Positions 19,651 to 30,338 are shown, counted from the stretch's first letter. The stretch: 64,000 bases of DNA from Candidatus Gottesmanbacteria bacterium (GCA_023245355.1 JAHFKN010000002.1:72460-136459); one strand, 5' to 3'. Numbers and translations: made by a program. The notes: generated by a model not told the origin, from the letters alone.

Positions 19651-20652
19651 ATGGCAACAGGGGGGCTGGCCTATTTAGCTAAACACAAAGCGGGAGCGAT
19701 TATTATTATCGAGGTGATCGTTATCGTGTTTATAGGCATTACTATTATAAACAAAAAATCACGTTCAGCCGTTTTGGACGCTGTCACGACATCGCCGATT
19801 CGCAAAGAATACCTTATCTTTCCCGAACAATCTGCACTCAAGTACTTTTATGAACTTAAGCCTGCTTCCGTGCAGACGGAGCACCCGGATTGGTTGCCGT
19901 ACGAGGCAACATACACATTTAACGCTGACGGCCTGAACGAACGGTATGACTATCCGATCACCAAACCCGCAGATACATTTCGAATTATTACCCTGGGTGA
20001 TTCATTTACCTTCGGGCACTATGTAAACACGAAAGACAACTGGACGGAAAAACTTGAAGATGACCTAAACGCTTCGTGCAAATCGTCTATGAAATATGAA
20101 GTAATTAATTTGGGTGTTTATGGATATGACATGCAATACTCTTTGGAGCGCTATCGGCTGCGGGGTGCAAAATATCAACCTGATTTCGTTATATGGCTTC
20201 TTCTCGGTGAGCGCATGAACGAACTCATGCGTCCGACCATAGACACGCTGGAGCGTACCATGACAGAGGTGGAAAAAAACCGTGCCCGAAAAAAAGGGGA
20301 CTACTCTCCCGAATGGACAGCTGCATTGCAGCAAATGATGCAACAATACACACCAAAACAAAGACTGGAACAGGAACGCGCCTTTATGCTCTCGTTTGAT
20401 GCTCTGTATAAAGGCCCGTTGCTATTTATGGTCCCGCCTGCGGTCGGTTTTGATTATAAAGCGCGGATAAAACTTCACTCGGCTGAGCGTCCCGACACAT
20501 ATTTCACCTCTCAACTCCCGGACCTCTCCCTCTCCGGAGGTCTGCTGCCTGACGGCCACCCAAACACATCGGGGCATGCGTCATACGCACATTTCCTGCG
20601 CACATACCTGAGCCGCATGAAACTGATACCGTGTACCCCGAACGTGAACTAA
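19651..20652 (+). CDS. membrane-anchored SGNH/GDSL-like hydrolase (divergent paralog)
   Basis: There is an N-terminal TM helix followed by IITLGDSFTFGHYVNTKDNWTEKLED, which is about 45% identical to the minus-strand neighbour. Confidence 0.5.
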   Translation: MATGGLAYLAKHKAGAIIIIEVIVIVFIGITIINKKSRSAVLDAVTTSPIRKEYLIFPEQSALKYFYELKPASVQTEHPDWLPYEATYTFNADGLNERYDYPITKPADTFRIITLGDSFTFGHYVNTKDNWTEKLEDDLNASCKSSMKYEVINLGVYGYDMQYSLERYRLRGAKYQPDFVIWLLLGERMNELMRPTIDTLERTMTEVEKNRARKKGDYSPEWTAALQQMMQQYTPKQRLEQERAFMLSFDALYKGPLLFMVPPAVGFDYKARIKLHSAERPDTYFTSQLPDLSLSGGLLPDGHPNTSGHASYAHFLRTYLSRMKLIPCTPNVN

Positions 20653-22340
20653 CGTTTCGTTACCACAAGATTATTGAGAACTAATATGTCCATCCGTGAA
20701 TGCACGAAATCCTCAATGGCCTGTCGTGGGTGTTCGACAATCGGCTCTCCCATAACGTTAAAACTCGTATTGAGAATACAGGGGACACCGGTAAGGCGGT
20801 AATATTCTTTGATGAGCCGGTAATATCTGCCGTTATCTATGTTTACGGTCTGAATTCTGCAGGTATTATCTGCATGCACGATAGCAGCCAACTCATTCCG
20901 CTTTTTTTCCCGGACAACCAGACAGACATTCATGAACGGAGAGTAGTATTTCTTTTCCGGTGTATAAAAATACTCATGCACATGTTCCTGCAAGATGGAT
21001 CCTGCAAACGGCCGGAACTCTTCCCTGCGTTTTATTTTATTCATGTTGTCCTTCATAATCCGCGGGCTTGGCTTCGACAGAATCGAGCGCGCACCGAGCG
21101 CTCTCGGACCGAATTCCGTTTTTCCCCAAAACCACCCCACGATCTTTCCCTTTGAAAGTAGTGCCGCCACCTCCTGAATAAGGTCCTGCTCGGCGTCATA
21201 TATCCTGTACCGCAATCCCGGATATGTTTTCAGAACTGATTCCGCGCTTTCGTTACTGTACGACGAACCCGTATACAGTGAAGTTATCGGGGCGTTAACT
21301 TCCTTTTTTTGACCGTGCCGCATACCATAGAGTGCGGCACCCAGCGCCGCTCCGCTGTCGCCTGCAGCCCCTAAAATATGAACGTGTTTAAACGGTGTTC
21401 GCGTGTAAATTTTCCCGTTAGCCAGCGCATTGAGTGCCACACCTCCGCTCATACAAAGATTTGTCGTGTGCGTCAGGGAAAAAAGATGATGCAGCATCGC
21501 AAACAACAATTCTTCAACAACCTTCTGAATGCTGGCGGCAATATCTTTATGGCGTTGCTCAATTTTCCCGCCCGGTATTCGGGGCTGACCTAAAAGAGAA
21601 ATAAATTTGTCATTGAACATGCGGAATCCTTCGCGGAACGAAAAATACTCCATGTTAAGCCGGAAACTACCGTCGGGCTTCACCCGTATAAGGTGGTAGA
21701 TATCTTCAACATATTCCGGTGATCCGTATGCTGACAGTCCCATCACTTTATATTCGTCTTCATTCACTTTAAATCCCAAATACGCGGTAAAGGTAGAGTA
21801 GAGAAGACCGATGGAATGGGGAAAGTCTATGCGTGCAAGCGGTGACAGCGTCCCCCCGTCACCCTTCCATAACCCTGTGGTCTGATATTCACCGACGCCG
21901 TCGATCGTAAGAATTGCGGCGGTCTTAAAAAGAGAAGAATAATATGCCGCCGATGCATGACTCAGATGATGGGAAACAAAATATATGCGCTTCGTAAACC
22001 CGACATTTTTGCGGATAATATCCTCCACGTTTATTTTTTGCCCGAGCCAATCGGGAATTGCCTGCAAAAACGGCTTGAGTGCGAACGGATATGTTTCGAC
22101 GAATGTTTCCAGTAGCCGTTCAAATTTTCTGAGAGGCTTTTCATAATACGCCACGGCATCTATGTCATCGATAGTCAACCCCACGGAATCCAGACAATAT
22201 TGTATCGCCTTAAACGGGAACTGGTTGTCGTGTTTTACCCTGGAGAACCGTTCCTCTTCTATGGCGGATATCAGTTTCCCGTCAATAAAAAGTGCGGCTG
22301 CGCTGTCATGATAAAAAGAGGAAACGCCGAGAATTTTCAT
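20649..22340 (-). CDS. carbamoyltransferase (NodU/CmcH family)
   Basis: The N-terminus MKILGVSSFYHDSAAALFIDGKLISAIEEERFSR is diagnostic for this family. Confidence 0.8.
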   Translation of the reverse strand: MKILGVSSFYHDSAAALFIDGKLISAIEEERFSRVKHDNQFPFKAIQYCLDSVGLTIDDIDAVAYYEKPLRKFERLLETFVETYPFALKPFLQAIPDWLGQKINVEDIIRKNVGFTKRIYFVSHHLSHASAAYYSSLFKTAAILTIDGVGEYQTTGLWKGDGGTLSPLARIDFPHSIGLLYSTFTAYLGFKVNEDEYKVMGLSAYGSPEYVEDIYHLIRVKPDGSFRLNMEYFSFREGFRMFNDKFISLLGQPRIPGGKIEQRHKDIAASIQKVVEELLFAMLHHLFSLTHTTNLCMSGGVALNALANGKIYTRTPFKHVHILGAAGDSGAALGAALYGMRHGQKKEVNAPITSLYTGSSYSNESAESVLKTYPGLRYRIYDAEQDLIQEVAALLSKGKIVGWFWGKTEFGPRALGARSILSKPSPRIMKDNMNKIKRREEFRPFAGSILQEHVHEYFYTPEKKYYSPFMNVCLVVREKKRNELAAIVHADNTCRIQTVNIDNGRYYRLIKEYYRLTGVPCILNTSFNVMGEPIVEHPRQAIEDFVHSRMDILVLNNLVVTKR

Positions 22341-22342
22341 GA

Positions 22343-22531
22343 TTAATATGCGGAAAATACATCATCCGGAATCCGTCGTTTCGTCTCATATACCCAATAT
22401 GAATCCTTCTTTGTCTCTTTCGGTGCGCTGAACATGTATATAAGCCGGGCCAAACCGACACCAATACCGTAGACACCTATCAGTACAAAAGAGATGAACC
22501 ATGCGTTTAGCCGCTTGAAAAGCGCGATCAT
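22343..22531 (-). CDS. small single-TM membrane protein
   Basis: The 62-aa product has one TM helix. It is the ATG-initiated C-terminal part of the implausible 135-aa tracked ORF and has an ATGA overlap with the next small ORF. Confidence 0.3.
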   Translation of the reverse strand: MIALFKRLNAWFISFVLIGVYGIGVGLARLIYMFSAPKETKKDSYWVYETKRRIPDDVFSAY

Positions 22532-22680
22532 AATATGGGGTACAAAAATACCGGCAGGGGAGAAATCTGCGCACTTATAATGAGGAGTGCAACAATAACA
22601 ATAAACAGTATGATAGGGATCATCCACATTTTTTTGGATTTGCCTGCAAGTGATATGAGCTGTTTTAACGATGAAAACAT
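22528..22680 (-). CDS. small membrane protein (50 aa)
   Basis: MFSSLKQLISLAGKSKKMWMIPIILFIVIVALLIISAQISPLPVFLYPIL is hydrophobic. It lies between a GT2 gene and the next small membrane ORF. Confidence 0.25.
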   Translation of the reverse strand: MFSSLKQLISLAGKSKKMWMIPIILFIVIVALLIISAQISPLPVFLYPIL

Positions 22681-22706
22681 AATGAAAGTATAGTATCCAA
22701 TTCTGT

Positions 22707-23717
22707 TTAGGCGCGCAATAGACGCCGGATAAATACGCGCATCCGGTCAAAAAATTTCACCGGCTGCTTTGATACCTCCTTCGCCGACTGCAAAAACCAC
22801 GTGTGCATCTCCTGTTTGGAAATATACGGCGAAGAACGGGCGCGTAACGCAGAATAGGATGATCTGATCATCTTCCGCAAAATTCCAAGTCCCACGGCAG
22901 GTGTTATGACAATACGCAAAATAATGTGGAGCCATATACGCGGCAGGTTATAAACAATCAAATCGGAAATATACGCATTTTTCAGTATGCAGAGAAAACG
23001 GTTTGCCAACACCTCTGCCTCAAGAGAACGGGGGAACATGCCTCCCGGGTGACTGATCACGGCAGCCGGTTCATACCAACAACGCAGACCATGAAGCTGC
23101 CCTCTCCAATCGATATCAACATCTTCATAATACATGAATAGCTCCGGATCAAAAAAATTTCCGTTCACGGAAAGCGTGCGGACCATCGAACCGCGGTATA
23201 GTGCGGCCGCGCCTGGGGCTCCGAATACTTCTCTTGGTGCAGAAAACTGCCCGCGGTCAACAATTCCATATCCGATATTAAACGCGTATCCATCCCGCTG
23301 CAGTGCATGTCCCACGCTATAAAGAACCCGTGTGCCCGTATTCTTATACAATTTTCCGGTGACCCAGGAGGCTGAATGTTTTTTACTGGCACGGACAAGG
23401 TGCGCAAAACAATCCGGCTCCGGCAACGCATCAGGATTTAACGCGACGTAATAATCATTATCACGAAGGCGCAGGGAACGGAGGATGGCGTTATGTCCTC
23501 CTCCGAAACCCAGATTTACCCGGCTTCGTATAAATACCGCCCTTTTGGGGTATCGTTTCATAACACTGACGATGGAATCGGAAGAATTATTGTCCAGCAC
23601 GACTACATGGATATCCACGCTGCGCTGATGAAAAATGGCAGACAAACAGCGCGCGATAAGCACTGCGCTGTTATACGTCACGATACCCACATATACCCGG
23701 GGGAAGCGGCGATTCAT
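22707..23717 (-). CDS. glycosyltransferase family 2
   Basis: VGIVTYNSAV...VVVLDNNSSD is present. The start at 23717 makes an ATGA overlap and is preceded by GGAGGAG. Confidence 0.7.
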   Translation of the reverse strand: MNRRFPRVYVGIVTYNSAVLIARCLSAIFHQRSVDIHVVVLDNNSSDSIVSVMKRYPKRAVFIRSRVNLGFGGGHNAILRSLRLRDNDYYVALNPDALPEPDCFAHLVRASKKHSASWVTGKLYKNTGTRVLYSVGHALQRDGYAFNIGYGIVDRGQFSAPREVFGAPGAAALYRGSMVRTLSVNGNFFDPELFMYYEDVDIDWRGQLHGLRCWYEPAAVISHPGGMFPRSLEAEVLANRFLCILKNAYISDLIVYNLPRIWLHIILRIVITPAVGLGILRKMIRSSYSALRARSSPYISKQEMHTWFLQSAKEVSKQPVKFFDRMRVFIRRLLRA

Positions 23718-24694
23718 ATCCTCCTCCACGGAAACCATTGTGCCATATACCCCACATCCGCCTTCCGTGAGCGCTGGATTACTGCCCGTTTGACTAGCAA
23801 CTTCGGAATGTTTATCATAACGAGCCAATACGACAGAAGAGACTCGCGCTCCCGGAGCAGAACATACAAAAATATTCCCAGATCATAAAAAACAATCCAC
23901 GGTAAATCCCGAATCCAGAGAAGAGCCGTATCGTTTTTTACGATCAGGTAATATCTGTTCCGCAGCGCCGCTATTCGGAGCCCGGATGCAACAATGGTCC
24001 GCCGCCCCGGGCGGAATGTCCTGATATGATAACCGACCGCACTTGGCACAAATACGGATTTCCATCCCCGCAACTGAGCCCGCCAGCATACATCAACATC
24101 CTCTTTGTGCATAAAAAAGTCCTCATCAAATACACCGTTGCCCAATGAAATATCTTGTAGCATGGTCCGTCGGTAAAACGCGGCTGATCCGTCAGGCCCG
24201 AATATATGCTCTGGTGCCATCGCGGCATGTTGTATACGGACACCTGCCCGCCGAAGATTTTGACGCCGGGCCGCATTCATATACACCCCCATGCTGTCGA
24301 CGGTGTTCGACTTCTCTCCTAAATGCTCAACCCGGTATAGCAGCCCCTGAGCAGATCCGGTATCCCGGGGCTCTTTATCCATTGCTTCCACCAAATTGCC
24401 GACAAAATCCCGATCAAGTGTTATATCAGGATTGAGTGTTAACACATAGTCGCTTTTGAAACGCAGGATTCCGGTATTATGGGCGGCGGCATATCCGATA
24501 TTTTCAGGAAGTGACACCAGTCTGACCCCGAGACGCTTCACGATCGCTTGAGTATTGTCTGACGATGCGTTATCGATAACGACAAAGAAAATTCCCGGGT
24601 ACCGCTGCTTCAGCACCGAAGATATGCAGGCTTTAATTGTATGCGCACTGTTATATGTGACCGTTTGAATGACAACACGCGCTGCATGTTTCAT
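23714..24694 (-). CDS. glycosyltransferase family 2
   Basis: VVIQTVTYNSAHTIKACI...VVIDNASSDNT is present. Confidence 0.7.
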   Translation of the reverse strand: MKHAARVVIQTVTYNSAHTIKACISSVLKQRYPGIFFVVIDNASSDNTQAIVKRLGVRLVSLPENIGYAAAHNTGILRFKSDYVLTLNPDITLDRDFVGNLVEAMDKEPRDTGSAQGLLYRVEHLGEKSNTVDSMGVYMNAARRQNLRRAGVRIQHAAMAPEHIFGPDGSAAFYRRTMLQDISLGNGVFDEDFFMHKEDVDVCWRAQLRGWKSVFVPSAVGYHIRTFRPGRRTIVASGLRIAALRNRYYLIVKNDTALLWIRDLPWIVFYDLGIFLYVLLRERESLLSYWLVMINIPKLLVKRAVIQRSRKADVGYMAQWFPWRRI

Positions 24695-25986
24695 GATGTA
24701 TTACGCATCGGAGCAATCCACCTATACGAAGTTATTCCGATAAATAACAGATACGCGATATTCTGCGGATACATATTTTCAAACTGTATAAACAGAACGA
24801 TCGCAACGTACGCTGCTCCCAGCGTTATTGCAAAAATATGATCCACAAGCCCCAGCGTTGATCGGAAAACCAGATGATACAGACGCTTACCGATAAAATA
24901 CACAAGAAACAAATAGCTCAACAGCCCGACTATTCCGGTTTCCGCTAACACGGTAAAAAATTCGTTATGTGCGGCAATCGGCACGGGGAAAGGCTCAAAC
25001 TGATCAAAACCGGAGTAATACTGCATATGCGGAAACGGCCACACCACAGAATAATAATTTCCAAACCCGGCGCCGAACAGGGGGTATGCCTGAAATACCG
25101 TCAGGGCCTGATTGTACAGAGTAACCCTCCCGAGGGATTCCGTGATATCACGGTGGGCATCTTTGAGGAGAAAACGGTCTAACAGATTGTACCCAAACAC
25201 AAAGTGCGCAACGGTTATCCCCACAAAAAATGTAAGAACGACGCTCAGCGCGACATAGTATGTTTTTTTTGCGGACAGCAGCTTGTTCCGATAAATATAT
25301 AAAAAATAACCGGCAGAAACCGCCAAAAACACCACGAATAACCACCTGAAATTAGAAACTGCCATCACCGCAAATATCGCAACATACCCGTATGCAATAT
25401 AAAAAGTCGTCCAAAATCTGCTCTTCCACGGGAGCAGCAGCGTGGAAGCGTAAAAAAACGGAAATATAAATATCAGGGCACCCCAATGAAGCAACCTCCC
25501 GCGGTTAAACTCTATTGCGATTCCGTAGGCAGACCGGCCGCGCAAAAATTCTTTCGCTATCATATTCATGACATCAGGAAACATTGTCTGCATCCATCCA
25601 AGCGTTGCGATGCACACCGCCAACACTCCCAGGATATGGATACCTATCCGCTTTTGCCCCGCGGTAGGCCGGAGATCTCCTGCCATCAGAAACAGCGCAA
25701 CCCCGGACAACAACAATTTAAGAGGAGTAGTGTCCTGAATTGTTTTTGTAAAAGCCAACGACAACAAAACGGCCGTTACATATCCTAATACCGCATAATG
25801 GACTGGCTCCCATGACTCCCGCGACAACCATGATTGTTTTCTGCCGCGGAAAATCATCATCAGGATGATGCCGCCGGTTCCGATTGCAGTCATGAGCCCG
25901 ATGCTGGTCCGCGGACGAAGCGGGGCTGGAAGGGTAAACACAAACAGGACGGACAACATTGTCAACGCAAGCGTTGCTCCGTACAT
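24691..25986 (-). CDS. O-antigen ligase/polymerase (Wzy-like) family membrane protein
   Basis: It has about 10-12 TM helices and a large periplasmic loop. The start was trimmed so as not to collide with the divergent ABC gene. Confidence 0.55.
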   Translation of the reverse strand: MYGATLALTMLSVLFVFTLPAPLRPRTSIGLMTAIGTGGIILMMIFRGRKQSWLSRESWEPVHYAVLGYVTAVLLSLAFTKTIQDTTPLKLLLSGVALFLMAGDLRPTAGQKRIGIHILGVLAVCIATLGWMQTMFPDVMNMIAKEFLRGRSAYGIAIEFNRGRLLHWGALIFIFPFFYASTLLLPWKSRFWTTFYIAYGYVAIFAVMAVSNFRWLFVVFLAVSAGYFLYIYRNKLLSAKKTYYVALSVVLTFFVGITVAHFVFGYNLLDRFLLKDAHRDITESLGRVTLYNQALTVFQAYPLFGAGFGNYYSVVWPFPHMQYYSGFDQFEPFPVPIAAHNEFFTVLAETGIVGLLSYLFLVYFIGKRLYHLVFRSTLGLVDHIFAITLGAAYVAIVLFIQFENMYPQNIAYLLFIGITSYRWIAPMRNTS

Positions 25987-26068
25987 TATTGTCGGATAAT
26001 ACCCGCTCAGATATAATCTATCGGTAACACGGCGGGCGCCGTTATATATGCCGATACATATCCGCTGC

Positions 26069-26749
26069 ATGATAGATCTTAAAGCCATAAATAAAACTCT
26101 GGGCAGAAAACTCATTTTATCAAATGTATCACTTTCCGTACGCCCCGGCGAGATTGTCGGCATAGCCGGACCGGTAGGAGCAGGTAAATCAACACTGCTT
26201 AACATATGCAACGGGCTTATCAGTCCGGACAGTGGATTCGTCACGATTATAAATCTGCCTATGCAGACAAACCAACAACAGATTCTGCAGCATATAAATT
26301 ATGCCTCCTCCAGTCAGCGGCTCAGCGGATACGCTACCGTTATGGAAAATCTTGCGACGTACGCGCTGCTCTACGAGGTGCCCGATGCAAAAATCCGTCT
26401 TGCTTCTTTCTTCGAGCATTTCGGTGTTCCGGCAGGACTTCTTCACAAAAAAATTTACCGTCTGTCCTCAGGGGAAAACTCGCTCGTGAATCTGGCAAAG
26501 GCGCTCCTCAACAATCCAAACGTCTTATTGTTAGATGAAATCACTGCTCACATGGACCCCATTCTCACGGCGCGTGTTCACAAATTTCTGAAAAAAAGAA
26601 ACACTGCGGAATTTGTTACTATGCTCGTATCACAAAACACAAAGGAGCTGCAGAGCTTCTGCTCACGTTTGATTGTGTTGTCACATGGCAGAATTGTTTA
26701 TAACGGAAAACCTCTTTCCCCGGCCCGGATCAAAACGTATTATGCATAA
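26069..26749 (+). CDS. ABC transporter ATP-binding protein (polysaccharide export, Wzt-like, no C-terminal extension)
   Basis: It has the canonical N-terminus MIDLKAINKTLG, Walker A GPVGAGKST, LSSGE and LLLDE. Confidence 0.75.
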   Translation: MIDLKAINKTLGRKLILSNVSLSVRPGEIVGIAGPVGAGKSTLLNICNGLISPDSGFVTIINLPMQTNQQQILQHINYASSSQRLSGYATVMENLATYALLYEVPDAKIRLASFFEHFGVPAGLLHKKIYRLSSGENSLVNLAKALLNNPNVLLLDEITAHMDPILTARVHKFLKKRNTAEFVTMLVSQNTKELQSFCSRLIVLSHGRIVYNGKPLSPARIKTYYA

Positions 26750-27536
26750 ATTCTCTCTAACAAGAATTGCCGGGCTATATGTTCATTATCTCAACTCAAT
26801 GAGGCGCAATCCTGCGCGCATCATAGAAATTCTTGTTTGGCCGGGAATAGAAGTTGTCCTGTTCGCGGTACTGGCCTCTTCACAACACGGAAAGGCACCT
26901 GACTCGGCGAGTATAACCCTCAGCATCCTTACCGGCATAGTATTCTGGAACTGTACCGCGCGGGTAATTCAGGAAACAACCGCGCAGTTTACGGACGATT
27001 TCACCTCAAAAAATATCCAGAGCCTGCTTATCACACCCATCAGACTGAGCGAGCTGCTTATCGGTATCACCGCCGCATCAATATCAAAAATAATTCTGTC
27101 GTTAAGCGCGCTTTCGGTACTATTAAGTCTCATCTATCCGTCTTTCTTTGACACGTTCGGGCCGCACGTCTTCCTTTGGGTGCTCCAGTTGGAGCTTGTC
27201 GGCGTGGCACTTTCGTATGTGAGTATTGCCGCTGTCAGCATTTTCGGTGAGCGCGTCGGGTTTATGGGGTGGATGATAAGCACGGTATTACAAATATTTT
27301 CGCTGGTGTTTTATGAACGGGCTGCGCTGCCCCCGGCTTTACGCGCGATTTCCTACGCAGTTCCTTCGTCATATATTTTTGAGGCAATCCGGTCGTACGC
27401 GCCGGGAACACCGGTGTTTTCGCAGCCGCAGGCGGTGACGCTTTTCTTGAGCATCGGCTATGCGGCAGCCGGCATATTTTTCGTCGCGATGGCATTCCGC
27501 TTGGCAAAACATCTTGGTACGTTTGCAAAAATATGA
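26742..27536 (+). CDS. ABC-2 type transporter permease (Wzm-like)
   Basis: It has 6 TM helices and an 8-nt overlap with the ATPase gene. Confidence 0.7.
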   Translation: MHKFSLTRIAGLYVHYLNSMRRNPARIIEILVWPGIEVVLFAVLASSQHGKAPDSASITLSILTGIVFWNCTARVIQETTAQFTDDFTSKNIQSLLITPIRLSELLIGITAASISKIILSLSALSVLLSLIYPSFFDTFGPHVFLWVLQLELVGVALSYVSIAAVSIFGERVGFMGWMISTVLQIFSLVFYERAALPPALRAISYAVPSSYIFEAIRSYAPGTPVFSQPQAVTLFLSIGYAAAGIFFVAMAFRLAKHLGTFAKI

Positions 27537-28714
27537 ATCACCCGGCACGCCCCCTTCATGTGCTTCACACGGAAAGTATCTACTCCAGAGGGGGAGAGAA
27601 ATACCTGTTTGAACTACTCAAAAGGGTAAAGCAAACGCACAGCGTGCATTTATATCTGCACCGTATAAGTCCTCATTGGCGTAATCAGTACAAAAATAAT
27701 AATATTTCCGTCACCATGCTTTGGACGCCGCAGAGGCTATTCTGGCTCCTGCTTCCGATAACACTGTTTATTAACTTTTTACAGCTCAAAAAAACAATTA
27801 AAAAAACGGACGTGCTTTTCGCCACAAACTTTCCCATGAATTTCCTTTCCGTTCTTATTTCCGCCAGGGCGATCTGTCACTGCTTTGAACCGCTGGCAAT
27901 CTTCTACGACCCTGTCAGGATAGCCTCTCTTTCACCTTTTTCCCGTTTTTGTGTGGCAGTCGCTAAACTGCTGTACGCACCGCTGGACAGGTGGGCGTAC
28001 GCCAAATCCGCCGTACTGACGGCGCTCGGCCCCTCAGTTGAACCGTATATTATTGAAACGTACCGAAGAAAGCCGGACCTGTATCTTCCGAACGGCGTTG
28101 ACTGCAGGTTTTTTTCATACGCAGCGCATGCCCCCGTCCGTACCCATCGCCCCTTTGTGCTCGGACACAGCACGGACTATACGATTTTTAAAGGGACACA
28201 GGATTTTTTGTCCATTATCGCGTACCTCAAAAAAACCGGACTCCCTGTCATCGCGCGTATCTCTGAAAGCATCCCTGACGAGGAGACAAAGAAAAAGTAC
28301 GTAACGTACATAAAACGTCACACAATAGAACATATGGTTGAGTTTGCCGGCGCTGTCGCTGAGCGTCGTTTGCCTGACTTTTACCGCTCGCTCGATTTTT
28401 TTATATATACCGGCTCTCCGGAATGCGCAGGGGGATCAACGGCAAGCCTGTCTGTATTGGAAGCACAGTCCTGCGGCACACCCGTTATCAGAAGCAGGGG
28501 AGATGACCATGAAATTATCGATGGTGTGACAGGATATTACATCGATCCTCATAATCATGAAGAAAGCGGTAAAATACTTACTAAAGCACTTCGCCTGTCA
28601 AAAAGCGGCAAATACAAAATGAGGGCGGCATCCCGAAAATATATTTACTCGCGTTTTGACTGGGACACGACAGGAAACATACTGACCCGGGCAATCCGGC
28701 ATCTTGAGATATGA
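27533..28714 (+). CDS. glycosyltransferase family 1 (GT4)
   Basis: GSTASLSVLEAQSCGTPVI is present. Confidence 0.7.
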   Translation: MNHPARPLHVLHTESIYSRGGEKYLFELLKRVKQTHSVHLYLHRISPHWRNQYKNNNISVTMLWTPQRLFWLLLPITLFINFLQLKKTIKKTDVLFATNFPMNFLSVLISARAICHCFEPLAIFYDPVRIASLSPFSRFCVAVAKLLYAPLDRWAYAKSAVLTALGPSVEPYIIETYRRKPDLYLPNGVDCRFFSYAAHAPVRTHRPFVLGHSTDYTIFKGTQDFLSIIAYLKKTGLPVIARISESIPDEETKKKYVTYIKRHTIEHMVEFAGAVAERRLPDFYRSLDFFIYTGSPECAGGSTASLSVLEAQSCGTPVIRSRGDDHEIIDGVTGYYIDPHNHEESGKILTKALRLSKSGKYKMRAASRKYIYSRFDWDTTGNILTRAIRHLEI

Positions 28715-29496
28715 AGCAACAATATTCCGGCGCCACATTTTCTAAAACCGCTCCGTATTACGACGTAATTTACGGCGGGAGAAACACAGAACATGACGCG
28801 CGGATTATTATCCGCCACCTGTCTTATGCTCTTTCACACATAAAACACCCGCGCCTGCTGGATTTAGGGTGCGGCACCGGCGCACACGATGTTGAATTTT
28901 GGCGGGGGGGATACGACGTAACAGGGGTTGATAAGTCAGATGCCATGATCAGAGAGGCGGAAAAAAAGGCGGCGGCGGCACACGCAAACATCTCTTACGT
29001 TACACGTGATTTTCTGTCGTATGCTCCGGCTGTCCGCTATGACGCTGCGGTTTCGCTTTTTGACGTGTTAAGCTATATGACGACAAATGAGCAGGTGACG
29101 GCATATTTCTCCGCAGTATCAACACTCCTCAAGCCGAACGGTGTGTTTATGTTTGATTGTTGGTATGGTCCGGGCGTTTTACTTTCGCAACCGAAAATTA
29201 TAAAACGGTCATATCAATCCGCGGACTTCACCGTCATACGAACGAAGACTCCCTCTGTCTCATACGAAAACAATACGGTTACGGTCCGTCATGCATTAAC
29301 CATAGAAAAAGAGGGGAAAGCGGTGAGCCGTTTTCGTGAAGATCACATACTCCGGTATTTCTTCTACCCGGAAATTAAACAGTTTGCCGAAAAAGCAGGG
29401 CTTCGCATAACATCCTGGGGTTTATTGGATTTCCCATTACGGAAAGCCCCTCCCGCCTCGTGGAGCGTGTATTTTGCAGCGCGGAAAATGCCTTAA
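28711..29496 (+). CDS. class I SAM-dependent methyltransferase
   Basis: It has motif I LDLGCGTGAH. Confidence 0.7.
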   Translation: MKQQYSGATFSKTAPYYDVIYGGRNTEHDARIIIRHLSYALSHIKHPRLLDLGCGTGAHDVEFWRGGYDVTGVDKSDAMIREAEKKAAAAHANISYVTRDFLSYAPAVRYDAAVSLFDVLSYMTTNEQVTAYFSAVSTLLKPNGVFMFDCWYGPGVLLSQPKIIKRSYQSADFTVIRTKTPSVSYENNTVTVRHALTIEKEGKAVSRFREDHILRYFFYPEIKQFAEKAGLRITSWGLLDFPLRKAPPASWSVYFAARKMP

Positions 29497-30338
29497 GGAG
29501 CTGGCTGCGCACTCATGATATTCACCTCAATTGCGGTAGACGGAAACTGAATACGCATCTTGGTCCCTATGGAAACCGGCTGATAATAATTAAAGTAGCG
29601 CATATCGCCGTCTTTCATGACGCGCAACTTCATGGTTACCGTTACATCCCTGTAGTTCGGATCTTTCCGAAGCAGCGTCTCACCGGTCCACGTTGTTGTC
29701 GTCATATCTGCAAACTCCGAGTTCTTCTCCAGCACTTCAGCAACCAAATCACCCTTATTATCGACGACCTTGTCCCCGACGTGTATCGCGTCGGACTCCC
29801 AACTTTTTATCCTCTGTGCCCGACCGGTCAATACTATATATTCAGTATCCCAAAGCTTACCCACCCCTTCAATTCCGACAACATTCCCGACAAGAGCTAT
29901 GCTGTTCGGTGCCAAATGAATCGTTTTACCGATCTGCAATGATTCCTGACGGAACATGTACTCCTTCGTAAGATAGTTGTACTTTGCGCTCAACCTCACT
30001 TTCATCCACATAAACTTCCGGTTATCCTCGCTGTACTTTACAAGGTCCAATATTTCTGCCGTCGGTTTTTTAAAGGTGTCATACTCTTTGGCGCCGATAA
30101 CTATGCCTTTTGCGTTCCAATAGAACGGAGGGGGAACGCCCCACCACCATTCGCCCCCGGCTGCAAGTAGCTCAACCGTCACGTATGTGTCTTTTTGCAA
30201 TACAATTTTTACGACCACTCCGACGGCAGCCAACACTGCGATAATACAAACAAGGATAACAACATCAATTTTGGTGATAAACGTTTTGCGCTGGTTCGGT
30301 GCAATTTTCATACGGTAAAGTGTAACACACCTGTGCAA
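29493..30338 (-). CDS. hypothetical membrane-anchored protein
   Basis: It has an N-terminal TM helix and no recognisable domain. Confidence 0.35.
   Translation of the reverse strand: MHRCVTLYRMKIAPNQRKTFITKIDVVILVCIIAVLAAVGVVVKIVLQKDTYVTVELLAAGGEWWWGVPPPFYWNAKGIVIGAKEYDTFKKPTAEILDLVKYSEDNRKFMWMKVRLSAKYNYLTKEYMFRQESLQIGKTIHLAPNSIALVGNVVGIEGVGKLWDTEYIVLTGRAQRIKSWESDAIHVGDKVVDNKGDLVAEVLEKNSEFADMTTTTWTGETLLRKDPNYRDVTVTMKLRVMKDGDMRYFNYYQPVSIGTKMRIQFPSTAIEVNIMSAQPAP

Noticed and set aside
22343-22750. 135-aa ORF as a single gene
   Set aside because: It overlaps the upstream GT2 by 44 nt and the N-terminal half has a non-protein-like composition. It is better explained as two small ORFs.
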